Source: Alphaproteobacteria bacterium | GTDB lineage: Bacteria > Pseudomonadota > Alphaproteobacteria > GCA-2731375 | DNA length: 64,000 bases | Assembly (NCBI GenBank): GCA_965232515.1 | Contig: CBDDPY010000002.1 | Span: 1,856,001-1,920,000, forward strand | Direction of reading: 5' to 3' | Shown: positions 62,434-64,000 of the stretch, in pieces | How the letters are laid out: every line of letters begins with the position of its first letter | Numbering within the stretch: position 1 is the first letter of the stretch | Made by a program: the position numbers and the translations under genes | The notes under the pieces: generated by a model | The model's database searches: none | What the model saw: the letters and a program-made list of their open reading frames with translations, nothing else | Told to the model about the DNA's origin: nothing

Positions 62434-63135
62434 TCAGGCCCGCCTGACGCCGCGGTTGGCCCAGCGCTCCGAGCGCTGGAAGCCCATGTTCGAGAAGGTC
62501 GTCAACACCAGATAGGCGACAGCCGCCAGCAGGTAAAAGACGAACGGCTGGCGCGTCGAGCCCGAGGCGATCGAGGCCTGCCGCATGATCTCGACCAGGC
62601 CGGTGACCGAGATCAGCGCCGTGTCTTTCAGGGTCAATTGCCAGACGTTGCCGAGGCCCGGCAACGCGAAACGCAGCACCTGCGGGGCCATGATGCGCCG
62701 GAACATCAGCCAGTCGCTCATGCCGCAGGCGCGCGCCGCCTCGATCTGGCCGCGCGGAATCGCCAGCACCGCGCCGCGCAGCACCTCGGTCGAATACGCG
62801 CCCGATACCACGCCGATCGCGATCGTGCCGATGGTGAAGGCGTTCAGCTCGATATAGCCGTCATAGCCGAAGATGCGGGCGACGAACATCACCGCCCCAT
62901 TGCCGCCAAAGAACAAGAGGTAAAGGATCAACAGCTCCGGCACGCCGCGCACCACGGTGGTGTAGGCATCGCCGATGGCCCGGTTGACCATCCAGTCCGA
63001 CAGCTTCAGGGCCGCGCCGCCAGCGCCGATCACCAGTCCCAGGAAGAACGACGACACGCTGACCGCGATCGTCATCAAGGTGGCGACCGCCATCTCGTCG
63101 CCCCACCCGCCATCGCCGAAACTTAGGAGGTCCAA
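62434..63135 (-). CDS. Polar amino-acid ABC transporter permease (HisQ-like)
   Basis: YTT.VRGVPEL, GQIEAARACGMS, ALPGLGN.W...LKDTAL. Confidence 0.92.
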   Translation of the reverse strand: MDLLSFGDGGWGDEMAVATLMTIAVSVSSFFLGLVIGAGGAALKLSDWMVNRAIGDAYTTVVRGVPELLILYLLFFGGNGAVMFVARIFGYDGYIELNAFTIGTIAIGVVSGAYSTEVLRGAVLAIPRGQIEAARACGMSDWLMFRRIMAPQVLRFALPGLGNVWQLTLKDTALISVTGLVEIMRQASIASGSTRQPFVFYLLAAVAYLVLTTFSNMGFQRSERWANRGVRRA

Positions 63136-63184
63136 AGACTGGTGACCCTAATGACCGGTCTGGATGATTGTTGCGCGTACGGCT

Positions 63185-63310
63185 GCCCTCACCCCAACCC
63201 TCTCCCGCAGGCGGGAGAGGGGGCCGCGACCGCTGCGGCATTCAACCCCTCTCCCGCCTGCGGGAGAGGGAGGGACCCGCGCGACGGCAGTCGCGTGGGA
63301 GGGTGAGGGC
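63185..63310. repeat. MITE/REP-like palindromic intergenic element
   Basis: Terminal inverted repeats gccctcaccc / gggtgagggc and two internal cctctcccgc..gcgggagagg hairpins. Confidence 0.85.
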
Positions 63311-63344
63311 TGCCGCATCGCCGTGATTACAGCGCGTCGATCAA

Positions 63345-64000
63345 CTACTCCGTAAACCCGAACCACTGCAGCGCCAGGCGGTCGACGGTGCCGTCGGCAC
63401 GGGCTTCGCCGATCGCCTTGCTGAACATCGCGGCGAGCTCGGTATCCTTCTGGCGGATGCCGGCGCCGACGCCGGCGCCGAACGGACCGCCGTTCATGGT
63501 CGGCCCGACGGCGGCGAAGCCCTTGCCCTTGTCGGAATCCAAGAGCGGCTTCCAATAGCTCATCGAGGCCAGCGCCGCGTCCACCCGGCCGGCGGCGAGG
63601 TCGAGATCCAGGTTCTCCTGCGTGTCATAAGTGCGGATGTCGACATCGTCGGCCAGCACCGCGTTCAGAAAGTTCTCGTGCGTGGTCGCGACCTGGACGC
63701 CGATGGTCTTGCCTTTGAACGTGCCCTTGATCTTGTCGATCGCCGCCTGCTCGCCGGCATCGACATCGTCGAGCGACAACTTCGTGGCGTCAGTGTTGAA
63801 GCCGGCGAGGTCGCTGGTCTTCAGCACCACGAACGAGGCCGGCGTGCCGAAATAGGAGGCCGAGAAGCTGATCACCTTCTTGCGCTTCTCGGTGATCGAC
63901 ATGCCAGCCATGATGACGTCGTACTTGCCGGCCTGCAGCGCCGGGATGATGCCGTCCCAGGCCTGGGCGACGATCTCGCACTCGACGTTCATGCGCCGGC
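63345..64000 (-). CDS. Polar amino-acid ABC substrate-binding protein, 5' end truncated by the window
   Basis: WDGIIPAL.AGKYD.I.AGMSITE.RKK, IGVQ..T.H, DL.AGR.DA. Confidence 0.92.
   Translation of the reverse strand, partial: RRMNVECEIVAQAWDGIIPALQAGKYDVIMAGMSITEKRKKVISFSASYFGTPASFVVLKTSDLAGFNTDATKLSLDDVDAGEQAAIDKIKGTFKGKTIGVQVATTHENFLNAVLADDVDIRTYDTQENLDLDLAAGRVDAALASMSYWKPLLDSDKGKGFAAVGPTMNGGPFGAGVGAGIRQKDTELAAMFSKAIGEARADGTVDRLALQWFGFTE

Overview
High-GC alphaproteobacterial chromosome segment with Caulobacter/Rhodospirillales-like gene content and no rRNA, tRNA, CRISPR array or transposase recognised. From left to right: (1) housekeeping genes (LOG, icd, cyclic-nucleotide-gated K+ channel, alaS, recA with SOS box, cckA). 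(2) A large polar-flagellum cluster: flhB, fliRQE, flgCB, fliOP, a TPR protein, two motB-like genes, motE, pflI-like, fliML, flgFGAH, dksA, fliX, flgIJN, flaG, two flaF, flbT and three short flagellins, with readable CtrA boxes, FlbD-type enhancers, IHF-like sites and sigma54 promoters. (3) The most notable feature, a candidate flagellin-modification island at about 35.4-54.9 kb. It has a Rickettsia-PKMT-like protein lysine methyltransferase between flagellin genes and a TPR-GT41 (OGT/SPINDLY-family) glycosyltransferase, each behind a perfect CtrA box. It also has a 12-gene unusual-sugar pathway (reversed HldE-like, GmhA-like, epimerase, HAD, kinase, split transketolase, 2OG-Fe(II) oxygenase pair, two methyltransferases, RmlD-like) and a FlaY-like filament assembly factor. 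(4) A kinase plus divergent enolase pair, a CP-ATP-grasp/alpha-E/transglutaminase operon with a poly-Gln tail, an epimerase and a polar amino-acid ABC transporter containing a MITE/REP-like element. All product calls come from motif recognition by eye; no database searches were run.
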